DNA of 64,000 nt from an uncultured Verrucomicrobiae bacterium (GCA_963726745.1 CAVSDR010000006.1:704001-768000); one strand, 5' to 3'; positions 43,816 to 54,417 are shown, counted from the stretch's first letter. Numbers and translations: made by a program. The notes: generated by a model not told the origin, from the letters alone.

Positions 43816-44160
43816 TTACCGGCGGAAGCGCGCGAGCACGTCGGCGGCCTTGCGATCCCAGCCAGTGGCGACCATCACGTAGATCGCCGCCAGCACCCAG
43901 GCCATGAGGAATTGCGAAAGCGCAAAGGCGTAGGCCAGGTTCATCTCGCCCCAGACTTTTCGCTGCATGAAAGCGGTGTGGTAGCCGACGAGATAGGGCA
44001 GCGCGAAGTAGTAAACGAGGAAGAAGACCGTCGCCGGGACGATGAAACGCGCCTTCGCTTTAATCAGCGCCTTGAACTCCGGCGAGTCCGCGATTTTTTG
44101 CCAGTCGGCCTGGGCGCGCTGGTCCTGCGCGGAGCGTTCGTCGGCAGGTTCCATGGGCAT
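43816..44160 (-). CDS. DUF485 (YjcH-like) membrane protein
   Basis: SPEF..L motif plus two TM helices; typical actP neighbour. Confidence 0.8.
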   Translation of the reverse strand: MPMEPADERSAQDQRAQADWQKIADSPEFKALIKAKARFIVPATVFFLVYYFALPYLVGYHTAFMQRKVWGEMNLAYAFALSQFLMAWVLAAIYVMVATGWDRKAADVLARFRR

Positions 44161-44203
44161 CGCGCCTGCATCTAAAGCGGGCCGCTGCGCACGGAAGCAA
44201 TCT

Positions 44204-44545
44204 CTATTTCCCGCAGACGTGCGTGGAGCGGTAGAGCCGTGCGTCCTTCGGATCGGCCGGGTTGACGCAGACCTTGTAGGTCCACTCCGGATGATACCAG
44301 GTCACCTTCTCGAGCGTTTGCGTGAAAGTCTGGCTGCCAGCCATGTAGGCATACGTGAGCGTGTGGCCTTCCACCCGTTTGTCGTCTTCCTCCCAATGGA
44401 CGGGCAAGGCCGCAAAGCCGAGCGCTTCGGTCTCCTGCGAGAGGCGCTTGCTCACGCGCGCCTCGTCCCACAGGACGAAGGCAATGATGGCCGCAGTCAC
44501 TCCACCGACGATGAGGATGGTCCAAATCCAGGTCTTCTTTTCCAT
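44204..44545 (-). CDS. hypothetical membrane-anchored protein (DUF3592-like)
   Basis: N-terminal TM; YAY...V.VNPADP. Confidence 0.55.
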   Translation of the reverse strand: MEKKTWIWTILIVGGVTAAIIAFVLWDEARVSKRLSQETEALGFAALPVHWEEDDKRVEGHTLTYAYMAGSQTFTQTLEKVTWYHPEWTYKVCVNPADPKDARLYRSTHVCGK

Positions 44546-44634
44546 AAACGCGGGCCAATAAAGCGAGCCGCAGCGCACCGTGCGACTGCGAATTTTAGGC
44601 AGCAACTTCACCCGCCCCGTGTATCTAGCGGGGG

Positions 44635-46170
44635 ATGCGCACGCGCTGGCTTACTTTCTTGTTGCTGGCGCTCATCCTGGCCGCGCCCTCGGTTTACTTC
44701 CTCGCGAAAGTGCCGCCGCTTTGGCGCGATCTCGATGGCTACCACCAGGTGACGCTCGGGCCGGGGAGAGCCGCCGGGAACGGCCATGGCCTGCTTTACA
44801 GCCTGCTCGCCCGACCACCGCTCTGGGCCGGCTATACCCTCGAACGGCTGCGAGGGATAACGCCCGCCGCGAAGGGGAATTTTTACCTCGAGCCGCAGCT
44901 GACCGACAGCGGAGTCTTCGCGCTCGTGCTAAGCCAACATCTCGGGCTCTGTGCCGGAGCGCTCGCCCTGGTGCTTAGTGCCAGTCGTGTCCCCTGGGTG
45001 CAGGGCGCGCTGGCCTTTTTCTTCGCCAGCAATCCGTCGTTCTATGCGCTGGCGCACTCGGTCGGCTCGGAAAGTCTAAGTCTTCTCGGCACGTTGGCGC
45101 TGGTGGTCGCCGGGGTGCGATTGCTGCGCGGGCCCACGCGGCGCCGCTGGATTTGGTTCGCCGGCGCGCTTTTCGTCTGCATCGCGACGCGCCACGCCAA
45201 TCTCCTGCTCCTGTTGGCGCTGCCGCTGACATTTGCGCTGGTCGCGCTCGAGGGTCGCACGCGCCGGTCGTTGCTTCATGCCGGGATCGCGCTCGGCCTC
45301 GGCTTGCTGGCACTGCTCGCGGGACGCGCCGCCACGCTCGCGCTCACGCGAGCCGAGGGGGTGAAGTTTTACTCCAAGGCCGGGTTCACTTTTCTCTGGC
45401 GGCTCCCGTTTCTCCAGGAGGTGCCAGAGCCGCGCCGGAGCGCACTTCTCGCGGAGGTGAAGGCGCGTGCGCGCACGCCGGACGCGCGGGCGATTGTGGA
45501 CCTCCTCGCGCAGAGGCTGGCGCGCGGAGAACCTCTGGGCCCGGACGCGGTCAACCCCGCCATTCGCCAGGCGCTCCCGGCGAAACCCGGCGAGTCGATT
45601 GTGCGCACGCGCGCGGCGCATGCGGCGCTTAACGAAACGGTGCGCGCCTTCCTCTTGCCGCCGGTGCCAGAACATTGGGCGGCGGCGCACCGCGATTTCA
45701 TCCGCAGCCGAGATGTGACGCCCGCATCCCTGGTGGACGCGCTTTTTCTTTCCACGACCTACTATTTCGACCACCGCGAGATCATGCCGCAGGCCGCCGG
45801 TCTCACCACCTTCCGGCAATACACCGCGCCGGCGCTGATGGCTCTGCCGGAGCGGAATGCCTACCTCCATGCCTGGTCACGGGCCACCGTGCCGCGCGCG
45901 CTGCTTGTCTGGCTGGCGCTTGGTCTTGGATCCCTCCTCCTGGGCGCGCGCCTTCGCGGCGATTTTTTTCCGCTCTGGAGCTATAGCGCGGTGCTTGTAG
46001 GGCTGGGCTTGCTGATGATGCAGCTGACCGCAATGATCGGCGCGCTCATCCCGCGCTACACTTTTCCGCTCTGGGAGCTGCTCTGGTTTGGCAGCATTCT
46101 CTTCGCCGGCGCCATCGGCGATACGCTCAGCCATGGGGAAAAAGTCCGCCGGGCGGCGGAGCCTGGTTAA
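44635..46170 (+). CDS. multi-pass membrane protein (possible GT-C fold)
   Basis: Many TM helices, SE.LS and terminal PRY motifs. Confidence 0.6.
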   Translation: MRTRWLTFLLLALILAAPSVYFLAKVPPLWRDLDGYHQVTLGPGRAAGNGHGLLYSLLARPPLWAGYTLERLRGITPAAKGNFYLEPQLTDSGVFALVLSQHLGLCAGALALVLSASRVPWVQGALAFFFASNPSFYALAHSVGSESLSLLGTLALVVAGVRLLRGPTRRRWIWFAGALFVCIATRHANLLLLLALPLTFALVALEGRTRRSLLHAGIALGLGLLALLAGRAATLALTRAEGVKFYSKAGFTFLWRLPFLQEVPEPRRSALLAEVKARARTPDARAIVDLLAQRLARGEPLGPDAVNPAIRQALPAKPGESIVRTRAAHAALNETVRAFLLPPVPEHWAAAHRDFIRSRDVTPASLVDALFLSTTYYFDHREIMPQAAGLTTFRQYTAPALMALPERNAYLHAWSRATVPRALLVWLALGLGSLLLGARLRGDFFPLWSYSAVLVGLGLLMMQLTAMIGALIPRYTFPLWELLWFGSILFAGAIGDTLSHGEKVRRAAEPG

Positions 46171-46215
46171 GTTGCCCGGCGGACCTCTCCCCTTTCGCTG
46201 GGAAAATTTCGGCCG

Positions 46216-47366
46216 CTACGTGATCACGTAGTTGAGGCTGATCCATTGCCGCCCAGGGTTCCGGCTTGGGCCGCCGCAAGGCATGATCTCATTCGCGCGC
46301 ACTTGCAGGACGTCGACTGTTTCCGCGTCGTCTTCGGTGTCATCGCCGATCGAGCGCGTGGGCGGCACCGGCGGGACGGGCGCGACCGGCGGCACGGGCG
46401 CGATCGCGGGCAGGTCCTTTTGCTCGAGCTTTTCGTAACGCCCGCGCACTTCCGGCGGGAGCTTGGCGCGGTCTTCCTCGGTGTCGACCGGTCCGCTGAA
46501 GAGCAGACGGCCCTGCGGGTCTTTGGCCGTGAGCACTTTTTTGTCGCCCACCATCTCGAGGTTCAATTCTCCCTGCGCGTCGCTGTAGGCGATCTTCGCC
46601 TTGCCGAGATCGATCCGCGTGGTCTTGAGCGCGCCGTTATCGTTCGAAGTAATGATGCGCACTCCGCGGGCCGCGGCCCGGGCGTCGCGGGCGATCTGGC
46701 GGGCTTCGGTGCGGGCCCGGCGCGCTTCTTCCCGCGCCTGGCGCACGGTCTGGTCGATCATCCCGAAATTCATCTCCTTCATCTGGTCGCCTAACGACTC
46801 CAATTCCTGCTCCATCCCGGTCTCGAACTGGTAGCCGAAGTGGTTCCCGGGCCCGCGAAAGTTCGGGCCGCGCCGCGACCGCACCTCGCGTTTGCCGAGC
46901 TTCGCGCTCAATTTCGTCTCCGCGCCTTTGCGCAGGACGGTGAGCGTGACCGTGGCGCCTTCGCTTTGGCTACGGACTAACTTCGAGAGCTGGTTGGGCT
47001 CGGTCAGGACCTGGTCGTTGAACATCTTCAGGATGTCGTTTTGCTGGAGGCCGGCAGCGGCCGCGGGCCCATCCGGGACGACATACTCGACCACCAGGCC
47101 GAAACCTTTCGCGAGCCCGAGCTGATCCGCGACCACGCCGGGGACTTCCGAGGTTTCCACCCCGAGAAAAGTAACCGGCACTTTGGCGCGGCGATCGTCG
47201 CTCTCGTCGTCGTCCTTGTCTTTGTCTTTATCCTTGGTGCGCTCGTTAGGCACGGGCGCGACTTGCGGCGCGGCGCGGGCGCGGGTGGCGGCGGCGGGTT
47301 TTGGGCGGAGGCGGCCAGCGGCAGAAGGCTGGCGGCGGTGAGGAGAGCGAGGCAGGTGGCTTTCAT
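46216..47366 (-). CDS. secreted PDZ-domain protein (frameshift near 47255)
   Basis: Signal peptide MKATCLALL; FLGV...GLVVEYVVPDGPAAAAGLQQNDIL. Confidence 0.75.
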
Positions 47367-47391
47367 GATCGTGGGGTTTTCGGGTTGAGAT

Positions 47392-47877
47392 TTACTGGCC
47401 GGAAATGGGGATGAACTCGACCTCATCGGTCGGGTAGGAAACCCGGAGCGATGCGCCCGTGCTCGGGTTGCGCCAATGCAGTGTTTCCTCGGCGCGGGAA
47501 TGCATCCGGCGCACCGGCCGGGTGGCATTGGCCGGGTAGACCAGGCCTTCATTGCGCTGGTTGTAGAGCACGCGGGTAAGCCCGTCGGAGACGTAGCCGG
47601 GCGCGGTCGCCGGGGCGGGTGCGGCCGCCACGCGCGCCGGCTGGCTCGCCGGCCGCGAGGCCCGCTCGTGGCGCGCGAGCAGGAGGAGCGCAGCCGCGGC
47701 AGCGAGGCTGGAACCGAGGGCGAGCCACTGGAAGCGCGGCGCCTTTGGCTGCGGCAACACGGCGGCGGTGGGACGCGACTCGGCGAGCGCGCGTGCCACC
47801 CGGCTTACGAGAGCGGCGTCCGGCGTCGCGGGGCGCAGTTGCTTCAATTCAGCTTCGAGTTCGGAGAAATCATTCAT
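47392..47877 (-). CDS. putative anti-sigma factor
   Basis: LEAELKQLRP + single TM; directly downstream of the ECF sigma gene. Confidence 0.65.
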   Translation of the reverse strand: MNDFSELEAELKQLRPATPDAALVSRVARALAESRPTAAVLPQPKAPRFQWLALGSSLAAAAALLLLARHERASRPASQPARVAAAPAPATAPGYVSDGLTRVLYNQRNEGLVYPANATRPVRRMHSRAEETLHWRNPSTGASLRVSYPTDEVEFIPISGQ

Positions 47878-48364
47878 GGGAAGTGAAGTGCTTTTTCAAG
47901 GCCGCAAGCGCATAGCGATAACGCGAGGCCGCGGTGTTTTGGGAAATGCTGAGCACCTGCGCGATCTCGGCAAAAGTGAGTTCGTTCCAGATCTTCATCA
48001 CCAGGACTTCGCGCTGTTCCGCCGGCAGGCGCTCGATCGCAGCCGCGAGCTCGATTTGCGCGTCATCTTGCAGGCTAAATTCTGGCACCGCGACCTGGGC
48101 CCCCTCGGCTACGACAGTGGCTTCGCGGCGCGCCCGGCGGCTGTCGCGGCGGAGCGCATCGAGCGCGATCGAGCGCACGGTGGCGAAGAGCAGCCCGCGG
48201 TTCTCCAGCGAATGCTGCTTGCGCCAGAAACGCACAAACGCTTCCTGCACGATGTCCTCGGCGTCGGCCGCAGTGCGCACGAACTGCCGCGCAAAAAGGA
48301 CCAGCCCCGGCGCCTGCGCGGCAAAGCCCGCCTTCCAGTCCTCCTGCGTGCCCGAACGCTCCAT
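47870..48364 (-). CDS. ECF sigma-70 factor
   Basis: DAEDIVQEAFVRFW; LPAEQREVLVMKIW..LTFAEIA..L.IS.NTAASRYRY. Confidence 0.9.
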   Translation of the reverse strand: MERSGTQEDWKAGFAAQAPGLVLFARQFVRTAADAEDIVQEAFVRFWRKQHSLENRGLLFATVRSIALDALRRDSRRARREATVVAEGAQVAVPEFSLQDDAQIELAAAIERLPAEQREVLVMKIWNELTFAEIAQVLSISQNTAASRYRYALAALKKHFTSHE

Positions 48365-48390
48365 CACTTCCTCATCGTCTCTGTTCTGGG

Positions 48391-48415
48391 AACGCCGCCA
48401 ATCGCCGAATTTGTC
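48391..48415 (-). promoter_or_regulatory. putative ECF promoter GACAAA-N15-CGTT upstream of the sigma gene
   Basis: One of three identically spaced copies. Confidence 0.65.
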
Positions 48416-48506
48416 TGCAGTGCGCGCGGCCTCGCGGCTCGCGGGGACGAAAGGGGAAAACATGATCGATGGGGAGAGGGTCACGGATTGAATGCTTTAA
48501 TAAGGA

Positions 48507-48531
48507 GACGCCGCCCGCGGGCTTTTTTGTC
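48507..48531 (-). promoter_or_regulatory. putative ECF promoter GACAAA-N15-CGTC
   Basis: Second copy, intergenic. Confidence 0.6.
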
Positions 48532-49466
48532 TACCAGACCCGGGTCTTCGCGTCCGTCGCGGACGGACTACCGGGCGTCTCCACGGCGCGCACGAAACGG
48601 ACGCGGCTGTTCTTCAGGTCGAAGGTGACCGCAAAATCCTGCAGCGCTTTGGCGCCGATATTAACCACGTCGCCGAGCGCAGGATGCGTCACTAACGGCT
48701 CGCGGAATTCGTGCCGCCCCAGCCGGAATGTCTCCTGCACGCGCAGCTGTTTGATCTCGATGTCGCCGCTCAGGCTGCGCGCGCGGCCGACCACCGCGGG
48801 CTCCGAAAGAGGCTTCAGCTGCTCCGCCATGGACGTCGGGAGAACGAACGGTCCGATGACGTTGCCGCTGTCGAGATGCGCAGGCGTCTCTGTCCCGCCC
48901 ACTGCCAAGGGCACTGTGAAGATGCCACCGTCGAGCTGCGCGGCGATGATCTCTTTCCCATCGGCCGGGGGAAGCTCGCCCCGCGTGAGACGCAGTGCCT
49001 TTCCCGGAAAATCGAGCGTGACCAGGTAGCCGGCGAAAAGGTCAAGGCCCACGAGGCCATCGAGTTCGCTGAGGCGCGGCATGGCTTTCAGGTTGCGCGC
49101 CCCGGCGGTCACGTCGGCGAAACGCTGGCCGGCGATTTCCAGCGTCTCGAGCTTCACCAACTGAATCTTTTGCGGGCCGCGCCGGCCACCATCGGTCGCG
49201 AGTGCCTCACCAGCGGGAGCAATTCCGAGCTTCGCCGCGACCGACGAATCGATCCGCGCCTGCCCCTGCGCGCCGGTGTCGATCCCAAACAGGAACGGCC
49301 CTTGCCCGTTCAGTTTCACCTCCACAGCCGGTATCGAGTGAATGAACTGGAGTGGAACTTCCTGGGGGCTTTCGGCACCGGCCAGCAAGGCAGGCGTGGC
49401 GAAGAGAACGGCGGCAACAGCGCCGAGAGAGCAGGGAGCGAAGGGGGTTTTGGGAAGACGCAGCAT
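48531..49466 (-). CDS. secreted double-domain retropepsin-like aspartyl protease
   Basis: IDTGA and LDSGN; DGLVGLDLF...VTLDF. Confidence 0.8.
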   Translation of the reverse strand: MLRLPKTPFAPCSLGAVAAVLFATPALLAGAESPQEVPLQFIHSIPAVEVKLNGQGPFLFGIDTGAQGQARIDSSVAAKLGIAPAGEALATDGGRRGPQKIQLVKLETLEIAGQRFADVTAGARNLKAMPRLSELDGLVGLDLFAGYLVTLDFPGKALRLTRGELPPADGKEIIAAQLDGGIFTVPLAVGGTETPAHLDSGNVIGPFVLPTSMAEQLKPLSEPAVVGRARSLSGDIEIKQLRVQETFRLGRHEFREPLVTHPALGDVVNIGAKALQDFAVTFDLKNSRVRFVRAVETPGSPSATDAKTRVW

Positions 49467-49474
49467 AACTACAA

Positions 49475-49499
49475 AACGTCGCGGCCGGCCTTTTTTGTC
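49475..49499 (-). promoter_or_regulatory. putative ECF promoter GACAAA-N15-CGTT upstream of the protease
   Basis: Third copy, 8 nt before the ATG. Confidence 0.65.
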
Positions 49500-49642
49500 C
49501 GAACCGCGCGGCGCCTGACGGATATTGCCGGCAAGTTCATCCTCCGAGGAGACCGGGCGAATCTCCGGGGCTGACAGCGCGCAGGCTGGCCTCTACGTTC
49601 CAGAAAAGCCGCCGCTAGGCGGCCAATTTTCCCAACGGATTC

Positions 49643-50542
49643 ATGAAGACGACTGCCTGCTGCCTCTTGCTTTCCCTGGCGCTCCTTCCCGGCGGCGCGC
49701 AGGCGCAAGCACCGGAAAACGATCCCTACGCGGCCGCGCGCGCGATCGCCGAGACGGAAGCGAAGTTCTACGAGATGGGCCAGGCCGAGGGAACGCGGGC
49801 CGCCTTTCTCGCCTATCTCGCGCCGGAAGCGATCGTCTTCAGCCCGGGTCCGGTAAGCGCGCGCTCGGTCTGGGAGAAGCGGCCGGCCGCGGGTCTGTCG
49901 CTCAAATGGAAGCCGGCCTTCATCGGGGTGGCGCAAAGCGGCGATCTCGCCTTCAGCACCGGCCCGGCGGAATGGCGCAAGGCGAAGGAGGACGAGAAGC
50001 CCTTCGGCTACGGACAATTTGTGACCATCTGGAAGAAGCAGGCCGACGGTGCCTGGAAGGTGGCGCTGGATGTCGGCATCGAAGTTCCCGGAGCAACCCG
50101 GGAAGAGCCCGCAGAGACGGTCTTCTCCGTCGGCGAACCGTTTGCCCCCGGCGTTTCCACGGAGAAAAAAGCGGTCGCGCGCATGCTCCGGAACGCCGAG
50201 GCGAAGTCGGCTAACGTGGCCCGCACTGATTCCACCGCCTCGGTCATCGGCTCGGCCAACGACGACGTCATCGTCCTGCGCGAGGGGGTTTTCCCTGCCG
50301 CCGGGAAGGCCGCGGCCACGCTCATGCTCAGCGTCGGGCGCGGCGCCTTGACCCGCGAGAAATTAGGCGGCGGGATGAGCGCCGCGGGCGACCTGGTCTA
50401 CAGCTACGGGAGTTACACTCTGAAGCACCCGGAGAAAACCGAGCGCGGGAATTACCTCCAGGTCTGGCGCGCGGAGAGCGACGGCACCTTCAAGCTCGCG
50501 CTCGATTACCAGTCGCCGCTCCCGGCCGAGGAAAAGAAATAG
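49643..50542 (+). CDS. secreted tandem NTF2-like (DUF4440-like) protein
   Basis: SGDLAFSTG...TIWKKQADGAWKV; repeated AGDLVYSYG...QVWR..DGTFK. Confidence 0.7.
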   Translation: MKTTACCLLLSLALLPGGAQAQAPENDPYAAARAIAETEAKFYEMGQAEGTRAAFLAYLAPEAIVFSPGPVSARSVWEKRPAAGLSLKWKPAFIGVAQSGDLAFSTGPAEWRKAKEDEKPFGYGQFVTIWKKQADGAWKVALDVGIEVPGATREEPAETVFSVGEPFAPGVSTEKKAVARMLRNAEAKSANVARTDSTASVIGSANDDVIVLREGVFPAAGKAAATLMLSVGRGALTREKLGGGMSAAGDLVYSYGSYTLKHPEKTERGNYLQVWRAESDGTFKLALDYQSPLPAEEKK

Positions 50543-50553
50543 CGGCGAGCAAT

Positions 50554-52796
50554 TTAGCGCGGCGGCGGCGGTGGCGAAGGGCGGAAGGTGATCGTGGTCG
50601 ATTGCTGCTGCACATTCGGCGTCGCGCTGCCGGTGGTGGCGTCGTAGATCGAGCGGTTCAAATAGATCAGCGCGTCCCGCTGTTCGACGGATCGAAGGAG
50701 GGATCGCCCGCAGGCACCGCGATGTCGAAGGCCGTATCGCCGGTCGTGGTCAGGTCGAGATCGTGATCGATGAACTGTCCCCAGCCATAAATCCAATCGG
50801 AGAGAAAGCGCGCGTTCCCGGAGCCCGCGGTCTGATCGCAGAGCGCGTTGCTGATGAGTCGCGCGCTTGGGCGCGCGCTTCCGGCGGGCGTGGAGATGGA
50901 GTCCTCGTAGGCGGCCGGGGCGAAGCGGAGCAGACCGATCCCGGCCGCGCCCCACGTAGCGTGCCCGGGATTGTTCCCGGTTCCATCGAGCGGCGCAGGC
51001 GCGGAACGAGGGACCGGCGCATTGACCAGCGCAGGCGGCAGAAAGCCGGGCTTCGCCTGCAGGGTCGCGAGCGTGGTCGGTTGGAAGAAGAAGACGTTAT
51101 CCTGCAACTTGGTGAGCGCGGTGTTCCGGCGAATGATGTCAGAGAGACGCGTTTGCTCGAGGGCTTGCAACTGCGGGCCGGAGAACAACCTGCGCATACC
51201 AGAAGCGATCGCCATCGCGGAGTGCGTTCGAATTGATCTGCAATGATGCGTTGGAATGTCGGACCGACGCTTGACCCAGGAGCATGATCTTCCGCCAGGC
51301 CAGCCGACCCAGAGGTCGAGCGCGTCGATGCGCCGTAAACCGAGAGCAATTTGCCTGCAGGCCGACATCGCTCGTGATCTGCGAGAAGTTCGGAGGCGCG
51401 ACAATCCGTAGGCGACGCGTGTGGCGTTGTAATCCGAGAGGCCGTGATCGCGGCCGCGCTGAAGGTTGAGCGAAGCAAGGTCGAGACCGCCGGCCCCGGG
51501 AGGGCCGAAGAGGAAATCTCGCAGCCCGGACACGAGCTGCGTGTCGACTTCGCGAGCATTATCGCTCGCGAGATATTTTAAGAGCGGGTCGGGCCCGGTG
51601 GCCTTGAGGACGGCGGGATTGAAGAAGACTTGAGCGAGCGAGAGCGCCGGGCTGAATCTCGCTGCCGTCATTATCGAGGAACTCGACGTCGTCATTGACC
51701 AGGGTGTGGCCGATGCGATAAGCCGCGGTGGAGAATTCCGTCGCGATGCCGGGATTGACGTCGGGATTGTAGCCGGCGTAAGGCCGGAGAGCGTTCGGAC
51801 CGAGGAGCGCGGGCAGAAATTCGCGATAAGTGATGACCTGCAATTCACCCACGACGAGGCGCCGCGCGGCCTGGAAGATCTGCTCATCGTTCAGCAGCGG
51901 ATTGGCGGCCTTGATCGCGCGCGCAAGCAGATTGTGCTCCGCAGGAAGAGCGTCTGGATAGCCGACAACTCGACGTTTTCATTCGCGCGGACATCGCCCG
52001 CGATGAAGAGCTGATCGTCGGGGAAGATATGCGCGTCATTCGCGTTGGGCAGCCCGAGCGTGTTCAGCGGTGGCAAATTGCCCGCGCTCGTGCGGAGCAG
52101 GCCGTTTTGGAAAGAACGCAGCGCGGCCGCGCGCGACGCATCCGAGCCGTAAATCACCGAGCCGTCCAGGTAGCCGGAAATTTGGGTCGTCTGCTGCCGC
52201 GGATTCGGAGTGCGACGCGCGCAGCGCAAAGGTGTTCGCCCGGGGACGCAGCGTGACCGGCAGGGAGAAATTTCCGTCGCGATCGAGCGGCACGTTGCGT
52301 GCCATTAATGGAGAACGAAACCAACGGCAGCGCGTAGCTGTCGTTGTCACCTTGCCCGCGCAGGAGCAGACCCGGCGAGCCGACGGTCGCGCCATTCGGG
52401 AGATTGAGACTAACGAATGAAAGCGCGCCGCCCGATGGAGGTGGCGGCGGCGGGGCCGCGTCCCGCCGAGGCGCGGACCGGCTGGCTGTCCGCCGGGGCC
52501 GCGGAGTTGCCGCTCCGCGACCCAGCCTTCCGGGCCGTTATCGAAGCGCACTTTCCACCACCACAGATCGCTCGCGCGCACCGGCCCGTCGCTGATCGCG
52601 CCGGGCGCGAAGGCTGGTTGATTCGAGGCCACGCTTCCTGCCAGCGGCGGCGCGGCCCAGAGCGGCGTCGCTCCGACGTCTGCACCGATCGCCGATTTGG
52701 AAGGGCGCCGAATTCGCTCGCCGGCCGCTCGGAGCGGCCCGGACCAGTAATGATGAGACTCGCGAGGACGACAAGGAAGCGGCTGGATTGGCGCAT
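50554..52796 (-). CDS. secreted heme peroxidase (peroxidase-cyclooxygenase superfamily), circularly permuted, N-terminal SH3/Ig-like domains; multiple frameshifts
   Basis: YLDGSVIYGS, AGDVRANEN, ITYREFLP, AAYRIGH, LNLQRGRDHG, then DGTGNN and WGQFIDHD at the C-terminus. Confidence 0.8.
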
Positions 52797-52911
52797 TTGT
52801 CAGTTGGTGGTTCCGCCTCGGTCGTTATATGACAACAAAATGATCGCGGCAGAATTTCGCGGAATCCGCGCACGGTCGGTCATATAAATCCCACTTGCGC
52901 CCACTAATTGC

Positions 52912-53470
52912 ATGAATGGGCAGGAACTGGAGACGAGGAGCGAAGCGGCGAGCGAGCCGGCTGACCTTTCGGCGCAGCTCGCCGAGCTTCACGAAATGAG
53001 CTACGGCTGGGCGTTGAGTTGCTGTTCGCCAATGCCGCCGACGCGGAGGATATTTTGCAGACGTTTACCAGAAAATTTTGCAGGGCCGGGCAGTTTCGAC
53101 GGCCGCTCCACGCTCAAGACCTGGCTCTTCGCCGTGATCCGCAGAACGGCGGCCGAGAACGGCGGCGGCGCTATTTCCGGCTGCTCCGATTGGGCGGCTA
53201 TGCGCGCGAACACGAAGACGATTTCGAGCCGGCAGAACGCGGCGCCGGCCTGGAGAACGCCGAGCGCCTGGGAATTTTCGCCAAGCCTTGGCGAAACTGC
53301 CGCGCCGCCAACAGGAGGTGCTCCATCTGGTTTTTTACCAGGACCTGACGATCGAGTCCGCCGCGCAGGCGATGGGCGTCTCGTTAGGCTCGGCCGCACG
53401 CACTACGAACGCGGAAAACGCCGGCTGGGCGAACGGCTGCGCACCTCGGAGCAATTTCATGAGGCTGAAG
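52912..53470 (+). CDS. ECF sigma-70 factor (several frameshifts)
   Basis: DAEDILQ, FDGRSTLKTWLF.V, LPRRQQEVLHLVFYQDLTIE.AA..MGVS.GS across frames. Confidence 0.75.
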
Positions 53471-53826
53471 ACCAGCAACTGCGCGAGCTTTTTGCCGGTC
53501 TCCGCCAGGAAGACGCGAAGCGAGCCCCGGCGTTTCACCGCGTCGTGCGCCCGGCTTCTGCGAAAGCGGCGGCCCGGTCTTCGCGTGGTGGCCGATCGCC
53601 GCGGGACTGGCGGTGGTCGTCTGGTCTTGGCGCTCGGGCATGTGCGCGAGAGCCGGCCCATCTACGCGAGCAACCCGAAAGCTGGGCCGCGCTTACCAAT
53701 TGGCGCGCCTCGACGACGACCTCCTGCCGACTTCGACCGCGGCCTTATCCGGCAAATTCAGCACCCCACCGATTCCTGGATCGACGATTCGCCAACACCA
53801 CCACCAGCGAGGACCAGAAACTATGA
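53459..53826 (+). CDS. putative anti-sigma factor (frameshifted)
   Basis: DQQLRELFAGLRQED...AP.F, a TM remnant and W..PTD.L-like ends; between sigma and Spy-like genes. Confidence 0.45.
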
Positions 53827-54345
53827 AGATCAAATACTACCTCCTCAGCATGCTTCTTATCGCAGCAGCACCGTCTGCGCGCAAGGCCCACCGCCCGGTG
53901 GTCCATGGGGGGACCGATGGGCCCGCCACCGGGGGGACCGGGCGGCGGCGGTCATCGAGAGGGCGGCGGCCCACCTCCTGGCGGCGATAAGTTAATGGAG
54001 AATTTCTTCCCGGGGGATTTGGTCATGCGCAATCAGAAGGCGATCAGCCTGACCGCCGAGCAGCAGACCGCTATCCGCACCGAGATGCAGAAAACCATGT
54101 CGCGTTTCACCGAGTTGAAGTGGCAGCAGAGCGCCGAGGAAGAAACCATGGACGCGCTGGTCAAGGCGGATCACCCGGACGAAAAGCAGGTGCTCGCACA
54201 ACTGGACAAACTCCTGAGCATCGAGGACGAAATGAAGCGCCTCCATCTCGGCACGATGGTCCGGATCAAGAACATCCTGACCACTGAGCAGCAGATGTAA
54301 ACTGCGCGAGTTGAAGCGGCAGAACCGTCCGGCGGAACAAGGTAA
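53823..54345 (+). CDS. Spy/CpxP-like periplasmic protein (frameshifted)
   Basis: Signal peptide, Gly/Pro linker, LTAEQQ...ILTTEQQ motifs. Confidence 0.7.
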
Positions 54346-54417
54346 ATCGCAGCAATCGATGCAGCCGCCCCGTGGCGCGCAACCACCCCCGCGGCGGGCG
54401 CATACCGGTGCTGAAAC

